Part shown: piece after piece, positions 13,196 to 22,642 of the stretch
Layout of the letters: each line of letters begins with the position of its first letter
How positions within the stretch are numbered: position 1 is the stretch's first letter
Origin: Bacteroidota bacterium
Lineage (GTDB): Bacteria > Bacteroidota > Bacteroidia > Chitinophagales > Chitinophagaceae
Direction: 5' to 3'
NCBI GenBank assembly: GCA_013288745.1
Contig: JABDBG010000003.1
Location: 1,207-65,206, forward strand
DNA: 64,000 nt
Position numbers and translations under genes: made by a program
Notes under the pieces: model-generated
Told to the model about the DNA's origin: nothing
Database searches by the model: none
The model's input: only the letters and a program-made list of their open reading frames with translations

Positions 13196-14428
13196 ATGAA
13201 AAAACTATTATCTACACTATTGATCATCGTGGCTTTGTTAACGATAAGCCATACTACTTCTTTTGCGCAATCCATGACCAAGGAACAAAAAAGAGAGAAA
13301 GAAAAAGAAGATAAAAAATTAGCAGAAGAAAAAGCGAAGGCCGACAAAGAAGCTGCAAAAAAAGCCGCGGAAGAAAAAGCGAAAGCTGATAAGGAAGCGG
13401 CGAAAAAAGCGGCCGAAGAAAAAGAGCGGGCAGACAAAGAAGCGGCAAGAAAAGCAAAAGAAGATAAAGAAAGATCTGATAGAGAAGCAGCTGAAGCGGC
13501 TAAAGAAAAAGCAAAAAGACAGGAAAAATTAGATAAAGAACAAGCCGAAGAAAAAGCGAAGAACGATAAAAAAGCTGCGGAAGAAGCCGCTAAAGCTAAA
13601 GAAAAAGCTGATAAGGAAGCGGCGGTACAAGCTGCCAAAGACAAAGAAAAAGCTGATAAAATAGCGGCTGACAATGCAAAAGAACAAGCAAAAAAACAAG
13701 CTGAATTAGATAAACAAAACGCAGCCGCAAAAGATAAAGCTGATAAAATAGCGGCAATACAGGCTGCTAAAGACAAAGAAAAAGCTGATAAAATAGCGGC
13801 TGATAACGCTAAAGAACAAGCAAAAAAACAGGCCGAAATAGATAAAGAAAATGCTGCAATAAAAGCTAAGCAACAAAAAGAAGCAGATGAACAAGCTGCA
13901 GAAAGACAAAAAAAAATAGACGAAGATAATGCCAGAGAAAAAGCAAGAATAGACAAAAAAGAATCGAGAGAAGCAACTGAGGCACAAGAAAAAGAAGCAA
14001 AAGAATTAGCCAGAAAACGGGAAGAGTTAAATAAAGAAGAAACCGAAAAAGCTGAAAAAGCACAGGTAGAGGCAGATAAAAAAGCGGCAGAAGCAAAAGA
14101 CAATGCAGCCAAAGAAGCAGCAAAAAAACAAGCTAAACAAGACGCCGCAACTGCAAAAGCCGCAGCCGACAAAAAAGCTAAGGAAGATGCCGCAGCAGCT
14201 GATGCCAAAACAAGGCAGGATGCTAATGAAGCTATAAGACAAAATAACCAGGGTAATCCACAACCGGCAACTGCTCCTTCGGCAACCACACCTGCATCGC
14301 CTTCAACCGTGCCAGTGGCAAATGATGTAACTCCTGCACCGGCTGCAACACCGCCGCCTGCAACGACTACACCACCTGCAACCACGCCAACTGTTACGCC
14401 AGCTACAACGCAGCCACAGCCGCAATAA
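13196..14428 (+). CDS. Exported Lys/Glu/Ala-rich coiled-coil repeat protein with Pro/Thr tail (TolA-like composition)
   Basis: Signal peptide MKKLLSTLLII...SFAQ; 13-aa and 44-aa repeats; C-terminal PAT-rich tail. Confidence 0.85.
   Translation: MKKLLSTLLIIVALLTISHTTSFAQSMTKEQKREKEKEDKKLAEEKAKADKEAAKKAAEEKAKADKEAAKKAAEEKERADKEAARKAKEDKERSDREAAEAAKEKAKRQEKLDKEQAEEKAKNDKKAAEEAAKAKEKADKEAAVQAAKDKEKADKIAADNAKEQAKKQAELDKQNAAAKDKADKIAAIQAAKDKEKADKIAADNAKEQAKKQAEIDKENAAIKAKQQKEADEQAAERQKKIDEDNAREKARIDKKESREATEAQEKEAKELARKREELNKEETEKAEKAQVEADKKAAEAKDNAAKEAAKKQAKQDAATAKAAADKKAKEDAAAADAKTRQDANEAIRQNNQGNPQPATAPSATTPASPSTVPVANDVTPAPAATPPPATTTPPATTPTVTPATTQPQPQ
13604..13866 (+). repeat. 132-bp (44-aa) in-frame tandem duplication
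   Basis: Units start at about 13604 and 13736 (KADK.AA.QAAKDKEKADKIAADNAKEQAKKQAE.DK.NAA). Confidence 0.85.
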
Positions 14429-14451
14429 GGACGTTTCTAACATTTTCCGAT

Positions 14452-14502
14452 AAAAAGAGCGAAAGACCCCTGTTAATTAACAAGGCATTTTCGCTCTTTT
14501 TT
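14452..14502. terminator. Bidirectional-type terminator hairpin
   Basis: AAAAAGAGCGAAA ... TTTCGCTCTTTTT; the loop contains the palindrome TGTTAATTAACA. Confidence 0.75.
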
Positions 14503-14750
14503 ATTATATGATTGATTATCAATTAATTATGAGATGTATTTTTTTAAAAAATTTATCTTTTTTTGGGGTTGTTAACAATTTATAGGTATATATTTGCAAC
14601 CCGCTCAAATTTCGATTGTTTGATAGGGATTTATTGTTCACACAATAAATGATTGGCTTGTTAAAAAATACCTTTTTTTAAATATTAAAACCTCCTTTTC
14701 AACGTTATATAGTTGAGTTAGAGATTGTTTGTTTATCTATATAGTAGTAT

Positions 14751-15518
14751 ATGAAAAAATTTACTCTTAAGAAAAGTTATATATCCTTTTCATCATTTTT
14801 TCTGGTTTCTTTGAGTATGCCTTTTGTTTTTGCTAAGTCAAAACCAATGAGCAATACTGTAATTACTGCTTCAGTAAAAAGCAACACCATTTCACCAGCT
14901 GAATTGAGAAGGAATAATATCTACGATAGCCTTAAATTAGGCTCTTTAGGATTGGCTAAAGAAGCATTTGATTATGCTATGAAAGGCCTTGATATCATGA
15001 AAGCCGTAGGAAAAGTTGAAAATTATAATGTTATTTCTATTGTAGATTTCAGTAAAGCTTCTTCCCAGAAAAGATTGTACGTTCTTGACCTTAAAAATCA
15101 GAAAGTATTGTTCAATACATATGTTGCACATGGCATGAATTCGGGAAAAGAATATGCGCAGAATTTCTCTAACGATCCTTCAAGTGATAAAAGCAGTTTA
15201 GGTTTTTATGAAACTTTGGGCACTTATAACGGGGAGCATGGTTATTCATTAAAACTGGAAGGTCTTGAAAAAGGCATCAACGATAACGCCAACAGGCGTA
15301 ATATTGTAATACATGGTGCAGAATATGTAGGTGCCAGCATGGTTCGCTCTCATGGTTATATTGGCCGCAGCTGGGGTTGTCCTGCTATCCCTCCCGCCTT
15401 ACAGGTTCCTATTATCCAAAAGATAAAAAATGGCACTTGCTTGTTTATCTATAGTCCTGATAAGGATTATTTAAACCACTCAGAAATACTGAAACAGGCA
15501 ACCGCGTCAGTGATGTAG
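14751..15518 (+). CDS. Murein L,D-transpeptidase family protein (YkuD_2-type)
   Basis: IVIHGAEYV...GRSWGCPA catalytic His/Cys motif; SSLGFY. Confidence 0.88.
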   Translation: MKKFTLKKSYISFSSFFLVSLSMPFVFAKSKPMSNTVITASVKSNTISPAELRRNNIYDSLKLGSLGLAKEAFDYAMKGLDIMKAVGKVENYNVISIVDFSKASSQKRLYVLDLKNQKVLFNTYVAHGMNSGKEYAQNFSNDPSSDKSSLGFYETLGTYNGEHGYSLKLEGLEKGINDNANRRNIVIHGAEYVGASMVRSHGYIGRSWGCPAIPPALQVPIIQKIKNGTCLFIYSPDKDYLNHSEILKQATASVM

Positions 15519-15556
15519 AGGAACTAACAATAATACTTTCAATAAAAGATAGTCAG

Positions 15557-15581
15557 ATCCTCCATAACCGGAGGATTTTTT
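15557..15581 (+). terminator. Rho-independent terminator
   Basis: ATCCTCC-ataacc-GGAGGAT followed by a T run. Confidence 0.8.
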
Positions 15582-15632
15582 GTTTTATCATTTGATTTCA
15601 TAACAATAACTTCGCACAAATTTCTATTAATA

Positions 15633-16517
15633 ATGAGTTTAAGAAAAAAATTACAAGGTACAGGTGTGGCCATAGTAACGCCATTTAAAGCGAATGAGGA
15701 TATTGATTTTACGGCCTTGGGTAAGTTAATAGATTTTAACATCACCAATGGTGTAGAATACATCGTTTCCCTGGGTACAACCGGCGAAACCCCTACTCTG
15801 TCAAAAGAAGAAAAACTCGATATCATCAATTTTACTTTTGAAAAGGTAAATAGCCGTGTGCCTGTAGTTGTAGGCGTCGGTGGCAATAACACAAAAGAAG
15901 TAATTAAAGATCTTGAGACATACCCGCTTGATAAAGCCGTTGCTGTTTTAAGTGCGAGTCCTTATTACAACAAACCTTCTCAGGAAGGTATTTTTCAACA
16001 CTACAAAGCATTAGCTACGGCATCCCCTAAACCTATTATTCTATACAATGTACCAGGCAGGACAGGCCGTAATATGGAAGCTGCTACAACGATCAGGCTG
16101 GCAAATGAAGTAGCTAATATTGGAGGCATAAAGGAAGCAAGCAACAGCATTCCGCAATGCATGCAAATTTTGCGCGACAGACCAAATGATTTTTTAGTTG
16201 TTAGTGGTGATGATGATCTTGTTATGCCTGAATTGGCTTGTGGTATTGATGGCGTAATAAGTGTTGCTGCCAACTGTTTCCCTAAAGAATTTGGAGATAT
16301 GGTTAGATTAGGATTAAAACAAGATTTTGTTGCCGCAAAAAAAATAAATGATACGTTGGTAGAAGTATATAATTTACTCTTTACTGAAAACAACCCTGCG
16401 GGTGTAAAAGCTTTTTTACATGAATTAGGTTTGATAGAAAATGTATTGCGTTTACCGATGGTTCCATTAAGTAATGGAGTTCATCAGCAAATACAAAATT
16501 ATCTTTCCAACCGATAA
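15633..16517 (+). CDS. dapA: 4-hydroxy-tetrahydrodipicolinate synthase
   Basis: GTTGE, PYYNKP, LYNVPGRTG, GIKEAS, NPAGVK. Confidence 0.96.
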   Translation: MSLRKKLQGTGVAIVTPFKANEDIDFTALGKLIDFNITNGVEYIVSLGTTGETPTLSKEEKLDIINFTFEKVNSRVPVVVGVGGNNTKEVIKDLETYPLDKAVAVLSASPYYNKPSQEGIFQHYKALATASPKPIILYNVPGRTGRNMEAATTIRLANEVANIGGIKEASNSIPQCMQILRDRPNDFLVVSGDDDLVMPELACGIDGVISVAANCFPKEFGDMVRLGLKQDFVAAKKINDTLVEVYNLLFTENNPAGVKAFLHELGLIENVLRLPMVPLSNGVHQQIQNYLSNR

Positions 16518-16572
16518 TTACTATTGCTGTAAATTTCTTTCCCGAAAATTTCCAAACTGATCTTTACCTGTG

Positions 16573-17511
16573 ATGAAAGAAATATATTATCAGCTTAAAC
16601 ATTATTGGATATACAATGTTAAGGTCGGTTACTTTATCAGCCTATGGGCATTTTTAGCCATTGCTATATATTTTAATTATCAATTTGATTTTGAGAACTC
16701 GGTCTTACGAGTTCGGGACCGCACAGAAAGTTATACGTTTTTAGTTATCGCTTATTATAGCATCCCTTATTTATATGCTTTTGTGATGTATGCCCTGTTT
16801 TATAATGCCTGGCATATTTTTAAACAACGAAAATTCTGGATCCCGGTTGTAACAGCCATTACGGCCCTTACCCTGGATGAAAGTTTTTATTGGCACCTGG
16901 CATGGATAGAAAAAAACATAGCCCGGCCGGAAAACATGAATTTCATATTTGTATGTGTGCAGAATTTTGTAAGCGCTTTTTTATATTTTTCTCCCCTTTT
17001 CATTTATTGGTTTTTCGTTGACAGAAAAAAAATGCCTCTTTACGGCTTTGCTCCTAAGCTGTTTAATGCCAGGCCCTACCTGATCATGTTGGGATGTATG
17101 GTTCCTTTATTGGTTGCGGCTTCTTTTACAGAAAGCTTTAAAGAGAGTTATCCTATCTATAATGATTTCGGCTATAACAAGCTTAATAATATTCCTCAAT
17201 GGATAAGTGTATCGGCTTTTGAATTTTTTTACGGACTAGACTTTGTAATGGTCGAATTTCTTTTTAGAGGATTTATGGTAATTGCATTGATTGATGTATT
17301 GGGAATAGATGGTGTATTGCCAATGGCTACAGTATATTGCGTGTATCATTTTGGCAAACCAATGGAAGAAGCTATCAGCGCCTTTTTTGGTGCAACAATT
17401 TTAGGTGTGCTTGCCTATAATTCCAGGTCAATTTATGGAGGAATTTTGATTCATGTAGGCATTGCTTTTATGATGGAACTACTGGCCTTTTTGCAAAAAT
17501 GTAATTTTTAA
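16573..17511 (+). CDS. CPBP (CAAX/Abi) family intramembrane protease
   Basis: Multiple TM segments; EFLFRG, YHFGKP, IHVG motifs; ATG at 16573 chosen over GTG at 16570. Confidence 0.85.
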   Translation: MKEIYYQLKHYWIYNVKVGYFISLWAFLAIAIYFNYQFDFENSVLRVRDRTESYTFLVIAYYSIPYLYAFVMYALFYNAWHIFKQRKFWIPVVTAITALTLDESFYWHLAWIEKNIARPENMNFIFVCVQNFVSAFLYFSPLFIYWFFVDRKKMPLYGFAPKLFNARPYLIMLGCMVPLLVAASFTESFKESYPIYNDFGYNKLNNIPQWISVSAFEFFYGLDFVMVEFLFRGFMVIALIDVLGIDGVLPMATVYCVYHFGKPMEEAISAFFGATILGVLAYNSRSIYGGILIHVGIAFMMELLAFLQKCNF

Positions 17512-17518
17512 AGCCAAC

Positions 17519-18421
17519 TCATATCCTATAGCAAACACCTTGTATGGCAAGTTCTGTATTTTCAAAAATTTCAGAAGCTTCTGCATGAAACTCTTCTAAT
17601 GTTTCATATTTAGAAGAAAAATGGCCGATCAATAATCTTTTTGCCCCTGATTTTTTAGCGATCGCTGCGGCCTGTGTAGTAGTGCTATGAAACCTTTCAC
17701 CTGCTATTTTTTCTAAATTTTTCAGGTAGGTAGTTTCGTGGTATAAAAGATCTACGCCTTTTATTTTTTCAATGATCGTTTCGTCATATTTTGTATCCGC
17801 GCAGTAGGCATAGCTTTTAGCGGGTATCGCAGCTACAGTTACTTCGCCATTTGGTATGATTGTTCCTTTTTTATTAGTATAATCCTCACCTTCCTGAAGT
17901 TTTTCATAAAAGCTCGCAGGTATTTCATATGCTCTTGCTTTTTCGGCATCAACTTTTCGCGGGTGTTTTTTCTCTCTGAATAAAAAACCCCAACATTCAA
18001 TTTTATGTTGCACATAAAAGCAATGAACAGTTACTCTTTTATCATCAACGATCAATCCTTCTTTAGTAAGGTCATGAAAATAAATTTTGAAAGATAGTTC
18101 CCCGTGTACTACCTGCAACTGCATATTAATGATATTTTGTAAAGGTGCGGGTGCGTGAATATGCAAATCCTGCGTTCGTCCTAAAAGGCTCAAACTATTC
18201 AACAAACCTATCAAACCAAAATAATGATCGCCATGTAAATGAGAAATAAAAACATGTGTGATCTTACTTCTGCGAATTTTATATTTGGCCATTTGCATTT
18301 GCGTTCCTTCGCCACAATCGATCAAATAACTTGTATCAAATGTTTGTAAGATCTGGGCAGTAGGGTTTCTGTCAAAAGCTGGTATTGCAGAGTTATTTCC
18401 AAGTATGGTAAGTGCCAGCAT
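17519..18421 (-). CDS. rnz: Ribonuclease Z
   Basis: DCGEGTQ, SHLHGDH, HETTY, HST, GHFSSKY. Confidence 0.95.
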   Translation of the reverse strand: MLALTILGNNSAIPAFDRNPTAQILQTFDTSYLIDCGEGTQMQMAKYKIRRSKITHVFISHLHGDHYFGLIGLLNSLSLLGRTQDLHIHAPAPLQNIINMQLQVVHGELSFKIYFHDLTKEGLIVDDKRVTVHCFYVQHKIECWGFLFREKKHPRKVDAEKARAYEIPASFYEKLQEGEDYTNKKGTIIPNGEVTVAAIPAKSYAYCADTKYDETIIEKIKGVDLLYHETTYLKNLEKIAGERFHSTTTQAAAIAKKSGAKRLLIGHFSSKYETLEEFHAEASEIFENTELAIQGVCYRI

Positions 18422-18424
18422 CTT

Positions 18425-18505
18425 AATTGATAATTGTGTAATTGATAATCGATAATGTCAAGGTATTGATAAAATTATCAATTAACCAATAATCCATTAT
18501 TCATT
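18425..18505. repeat. Heptamer-repeat hairpin (ATTGATA units and their complement)
   Basis: aattgata attgtgta attgata atcgata ... ttatcaa ttaacca ataatcc attattc; overlaps the stop codon of the STAS gene. Confidence 0.6.
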
Positions 18506-18868
18506 GAATAGTTCTCTTTCGATCTCTTCCATTTGCAGAATATCCCAGGCTTCGCTTTCTGTTGGCGTTATATTCATAATATCAAAAAGCTCCTCTTTTT
18601 CAAGCAATTCTTCTACAGAATCGCTCAGTTCACAAATCACAAAAGACTTGTCATTCTCATAAAATTGCTGCTGAAGAGTAGCCAGTTTATCCGCACTTTC
18701 TTTATCAATGCTTTGAACATCAGTCATTTTTAAAATGATATGAGGTATGTCTTTTTGCAGGTAAGGAAGCAATAAACTGCTCAATTCATCTGTCATATTA
18801 GCAGAAAGCTGCGCCTCCTGTGGCTTAATAACAGTAAATTTCTCTTTGGTATCTATTTTGACATTCAT
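18497..18868 (-). CDS. STAS domain protein (anti-anti-sigma-like)
   Basis: 123 aa; KIDTKEKF...ITPTESEAWD...MEEIEREL; lies next to rnz as in other Bacteroidota. Confidence 0.8.
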   Translation of the reverse strand: MNVKIDTKEKFTVIKPQEAQLSANMTDELSSLLLPYLQKDIPHIILKMTDVQSIDKESADKLATLQQQFYENDKSFVICELSDSVEELLEKEELFDIMNITPTESEAWDILQMEEIERELFNE

Positions 18869-19017
18869 ATAATAAGGTTTGAAGTTCCAATCGATGTACT
18901 TGTAAAAGTAAAGGAAAATTTGAATTTTGTTGTGTAGAGATGTGGAAGTTTTTCAGCAGTTAAATTAGTTAAAATTGTAGTAATTTTAGGAAAGAAGCTG
19001 CGTAAACAATCTCTTTT

Positions 19018-19056
19018 AAATCTTTATAATAACACTTTAAAATCTTTGTAATAACA
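19018..19056 (+). promoter_or_regulatory. 17-bp direct repeat upstream of clpC (candidate operator)
   Basis: AAATCTTTATAATAACA (19018-19034) and AAATCTTTGTAATAACA (19040-19056); period 22 bp. Confidence 0.5.
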
Positions 19057-19164
19057 AATATTTTACCACAAATTTTAACTTTTGAACATATCAACATTCA
19101 GGTAGAGCCACAAACTTTATCATGGAAATAATCGTTATTATTGTACAAGCTAAACTCAAATAAC

Positions 19165-21714
19165 ATGGACAACAATTTTTCAGCACAAGTAAAAGAAATA
19201 ATTTCTTATAGTAGGGAAGAAGCTTTGAGATTGGGCAATGATTTTATTGGCACGGAACATTTAGTGCTGGGATTGATCCGCGATGAAGAAAACACCGCCA
19301 TCAAAATATTAAAATCTTTAAACATTGATCTGCAGGAACTACGCAAAGAAATTGAAGTGGCAGTAAAAGATAAGACAGGAAAAAATATTGCTAACATCAA
19401 TTCATTGCCGCTTACAAAGCAGGCAGAGAAGGTGATACGCATCACTGTGCTTGAAGCTAAAGCGAGCAAAAGCGCCGTAGTAGAGAGTGAGCATTTAATG
19501 TTATCTATCTTAAAAAACAAAGAAAATATCGCAACACAAATTTTAAATCAGTTTGATGTTGATTACGATGTATTCAAAAATGAACTGGGCTTTGTAACAA
19601 GCACGCCTCCTGCAGCAGAATTTTCTGAAGAAAATGAAGATGATTTTGATGAAGAAAGGAAACAATATGGTTCACAACAAAAAGCGCAACGCGGTGGTGC
19701 TAATGCACCAAAAACAAAAACTCCGGTGCTTGATAATTTTGGTAGAGATATCACTCGTTTAGCTGAAAGCGGTTCTTTAGATCCTATTGTAGGTAGAGAA
19801 GTTGAAATTGAAAGGGTATCTCAAATATTGAGTCGCCGTAAAAAGAATAACCCGATCTTAATTGGTGAACCTGGTGTGGGTAAAACAGCCATTGTTGAAG
19901 GTTTGGCATTAAGGATCGTGCAGCGCAAAGTAAGTAGAGTACTATTTGATAAAAGAGTTGTATCACTTGATCTGGCAGCGTTGGTTGCCGGTACTAAATA
20001 CCGCGGACAGTTTGAAGAAAGAATGAAAGCGATCATGAATGAATTGGAAAAGAACAGAGATGTTATTTTATTCATTGATGAGATCCATACTATTGTTGGC
20101 GCAGGTGGTGCCAGCGGTTCTTTGGATGCTTCTAACATTTTCAAACCTGCTTTGGCAAGAGGTGAATTACAATGTATCGGTGCCTCTACTTTAGATGAAT
20201 ACAGAATGCATATTGAAAAAGATGGTGCACTAGATCGTCGTTTCCAAAAAGTAATTGTTGATCAGCCTTCAGTAGAAGAAACAATACAGATCCTTACAAA
20301 TATTAAAAGCAAATACGAAGATTATCACAATGTAACGTACAGCGAACAGGCTATTGATGCTTGTGTTAAATTAAGCGAACGTTATATGACCGATAAGTTG
20401 TTGCCCGACAAAGCCATTGACGTAATGGATGAAGTTGGTGCAAGAAAACATATAAAAAACATCAATGTTCCTAACGAAGTAATTGAGTTAGAAAAGAAGA
20501 TTGATGAGATCAAGCTTGAAAAGAATAAGGTGGTAAAAAGCCAGCGCTTTGAAGAAGCTGCTTCATTAAGAGATTCTGAAAAACGTTTACAGGAAGAATT
20601 GGAAAAAGCTAAGCATGATTGGGAAGAAGAAAGCAAGAACAAACGCTTCCCTATTGAAGAAGAAGATATTGCTGAAGTAATTAGCATGATGACGGGTATC
20701 CCTGTTAAACGTATGGTTCAGGAAGAAACAGAAAAATTACGCCGCATGGCGGATGATCTGAAAGATGCTGTAGTTGGTCAGAATGAAGCGATACAAAAAG
20801 TAGTGAAAGCTATTCAACGTAATCGTGTTGGATTAAAAGATCCTAAAAAACCAATTGGTACATTTATATTCTTAGGTCCTACAGGTGTTGGTAAAACAGA
20901 ATTAGCAAGATCATTGGCTAGATATATGTTCGACAATGAAGATTCTTTAATCAGGATCGACATGAGTGAATACATGGAAAAATTCACTGTGAGTCGTTTG
21001 ATCGGTGCGCCTCCGGGATATGTTGGCTATGAAGAAGGTGGACAGCTGACTGAAAGGGTTAGACGTAAACCATACAGTGTTATCTTGTTGGATGAAATTG
21101 AAAAAGCGCATCCGGATATCTATAATATTTTATTACAGGTATTAGATGACGGACAATTAACAGATGGATTAGGCAGAAAGATCGATTTCAAGAATACCCT
21201 TATTATCATGACATCGAATATTGGTGCCCGTCAGTTAAAAGACTTTGGTGATGGCGTTGGTTTCGCTACCGCAGCAAGAGCTTTGAATGCTGATGAAAAT
21301 AATAAGGCTGTAATTGAAAAAGCTTTGAAACGTACATTCAGTCCTGAGTTCCTAAACAGGATCGACGATGTTATTATCTTTAACTCATTAGACAGAACAA
21401 ATATCTTTGAGATCATCGATATCTTAATGAGAGGCGTAATGAAACGTTTGGTTAACCTTGGTTTTGGAATGGAACTATCAGAAGAAGCGAAGAATTTTAT
21501 CGCGGATAAAGGATATGATTCTCAATTCGGGGCAAGACCATTACACAGGGCTATTCAAAAATACCTGGAAGATCCTTTAGCGGAAGAGATACTAAATATG
21601 AATGTAAAAGCTGGCGATACCTTGATCGCTGATCTTGACAAAGAGAATGAAAAAATAAAATTCACTTTGAAAGACACAGAGAAAAAGAAAGGTGCTAAAT
21701 CTGCCGAAGCATAA
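19165..21714 (+). CDS. clpC: ATP-dependent Clp protease ATP-binding subunit ClpC
   Basis: Clp_N repeats, two AAA+ modules ([16 protein letters not shown]), UVR motif, GAPPGYVGY; ATG at 19165 preferred over TTG at 19141. Confidence 0.95.
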   Translation: MDNNFSAQVKEIISYSREEALRLGNDFIGTEHLVLGLIRDEENTAIKILKSLNIDLQELRKEIEVAVKDKTGKNIANINSLPLTKQAEKVIRITVLEAKASKSAVVESEHLMLSILKNKENIATQILNQFDVDYDVFKNELGFVTSTPPAAEFSEENEDDFDEERKQYGSQQKAQRGGANAPKTKTPVLDNFGRDITRLAESGSLDPIVGREVEIERVSQILSRRKKNNPILIGEPGVGKTAIVEGLALRIVQRKVSRVLFDKRVVSLDLAALVAGTKYRGQFEERMKAIMNELEKNRDVILFIDEIHTIVGAGGASGSLDASNIFKPALARGELQCIGASTLDEYRMHIEKDGALDRRFQKVIVDQPSVEETIQILTNIKSKYEDYHNVTYSEQAIDACVKLSERYMTDKLLPDKAIDVMDEVGARKHIKNINVPNEVIELEKKIDEIKLEKNKVVKSQRFEEAASLRDSEKRLQEELEKAKHDWEEESKNKRFPIEEEDIAEVISMMTGIPVKRMVQEETEKLRRMADDLKDAVVGQNEAIQKVVKAIQRNRVGLKDPKKPIGTFIFLGPTGVGKTELARSLARYMFDNEDSLIRIDMSEYMEKFTVSRLIGAPPGYVGYEEGGQLTERVRRKPYSVILLDEIEKAHPDIYNILLQVLDDGQLTDGLGRKIDFKNTLIIMTSNIGARQLKDFGDGVGFATAARALNADENNKAVIEKALKRTFSPEFLNRIDDVIIFNSLDRTNIFEIIDILMRGVMKRLVNLGFGMELSEEAKNFIADKGYDSQFGARPLHRAIQKYLEDPLAEEILNMNVKAGDTLIADLDKENEKIKFTLKDTEKKKGAKSAEA

Positions 21715-21729
21715 AATAATAAATAAGGT

Positions 21730-21762
21730 AAAAAGCCCTCCGAAAAAATCGGAGGGCTTTTT
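21730..21762. terminator. Rho-independent terminator after clpC
   Basis: AAAAAGCCCTCCGA-aaaaa-TCGGAGGGCTTTTT. Confidence 0.9.
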
Positions 21763-21801
21763 CTTTTTGAAGGATGAAATAATTAATGGATTTTTGCAGT
21801 A

Positions 21802-22485
21802 ATGAAAAATAGCATCATCACAATTGATGGATACTCCTCTTGTGGAAAAAGCACTTTGGCCAAACAGCTGGCTAAGAAGTTAGGCTATGCTTACATTGAT
21901 AGTGGTGCTATGTACCGGGCCATTACCCTATTTTTTCTTCGCCACCATATTGATTATACGGATCACAGGCAAGTAGTTGATGCCTTAACTGATATCACTA
22001 TTGAATTCCACCCTAACGAGGTATCACATCAATCTGAGATTTATTTAAATGGAGAAAATGTTGAGTACCTGATCAGAGATATGATCATTGCTGATAAAGT
22101 AAGTGAAGTGGCTGCCATTAAAGAAGTAAGAGATTTTGCAGTAGCGCAACAGCGATTGATGGGCAAAAAAAAGGGAATCGTTATGGATGGGCGTGATATT
22201 GGCACAACTGTATTCCCCAACGCGCAGCTTAAAATATTTATGACCGCAGACAGTGCTGTAAGGGTGGAGAGAAGATTTAAAGAACTCTATGAAAAGAATC
22301 CTAATATAACTATTGAAGAAGTAAAGAATAACCTCGAAATGCGTGATTATATAGACTCTAACAGAGAGATCAGCCCTTTACGCAAAGCTGATGATGCAGT
22401 AGTGTTAGATAATACTAACCTTAGCATGGAACAGCAATTAAAATTTGCCGAAAATCTTTTAAAAGAAAAAATAGGGGCCGTTTAA
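21802..22485 (+). CDS. cmk: Cytidylate kinase
   Basis: IDGYSSCGKST, DSGAMYR, MDGRDIGT, RDYIDSNR. Confidence 0.96.
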   Translation: MKNSIITIDGYSSCGKSTLAKQLAKKLGYAYIDSGAMYRAITLFFLRHHIDYTDHRQVVDALTDITIEFHPNEVSHQSEIYLNGENVEYLIRDMIIADKVSEVAAIKEVRDFAVAQQRLMGKKKGIVMDGRDIGTTVFPNAQLKIFMTADSAVRVERRFKELYEKNPNITIEEVKNNLEMRDYIDSNREISPLRKADDAVVLDNTNLSMEQQLKFAENLLKEKIGAV

Positions 22486-22532
22486 AATTCTGTCCAATTC
22501 GATTATAAATTACTTTCCGGATCATATATCCC

Positions 22533-22555
22533 ATTAAAAAAGCCCCTCAATATTG
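22533..22555. terminator. Left half of the disrupted cmk/gldJ terminator, including the left target-site copy CAATATTG (22548-22555)
   Basis: ATTAAAAAAGCCCCT+CAATATTG; rejoined with 32984-32998 it gives a near-perfect palindrome with A6/T6 tails. Confidence 0.85.
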
Positions 22556-22614
22556 GGAGAATACTGACTTGGTGGGACAAATATTAAAATAAGGCCGTTT
22601 GGCCTTATTTTTTT
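22556..22614 (+). repeat. Left terminal inverted repeat (59 bp)
   Basis: GGAGAATACTGACTTGGTGGGACAAATATTAAAATAAGGCCGTTTGGCCTTATTTTTTT is the exact reverse complement of 32917-32975. Confidence 0.96.
22586..22614. terminator. Terminator-like hairpin inside left TIR
   Basis: AAAATAAGGCC-GTTT-GGCCTTATTTT; T7 run on the + strand (cmk direction), T4 on the - strand (OLD direction). Confidence 0.75.
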
Positions 22615-22642
22615 AGTATAAATCTGAAATTCTATATAAAAC

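Noticed and set aside
13048-14385. 445-aa minus-strand ORF and other short overlapping ORFs
   Set aside because: These are antisense shadows of the low-complexity K/E/A repeat gene, which has the signal peptide and terminator.
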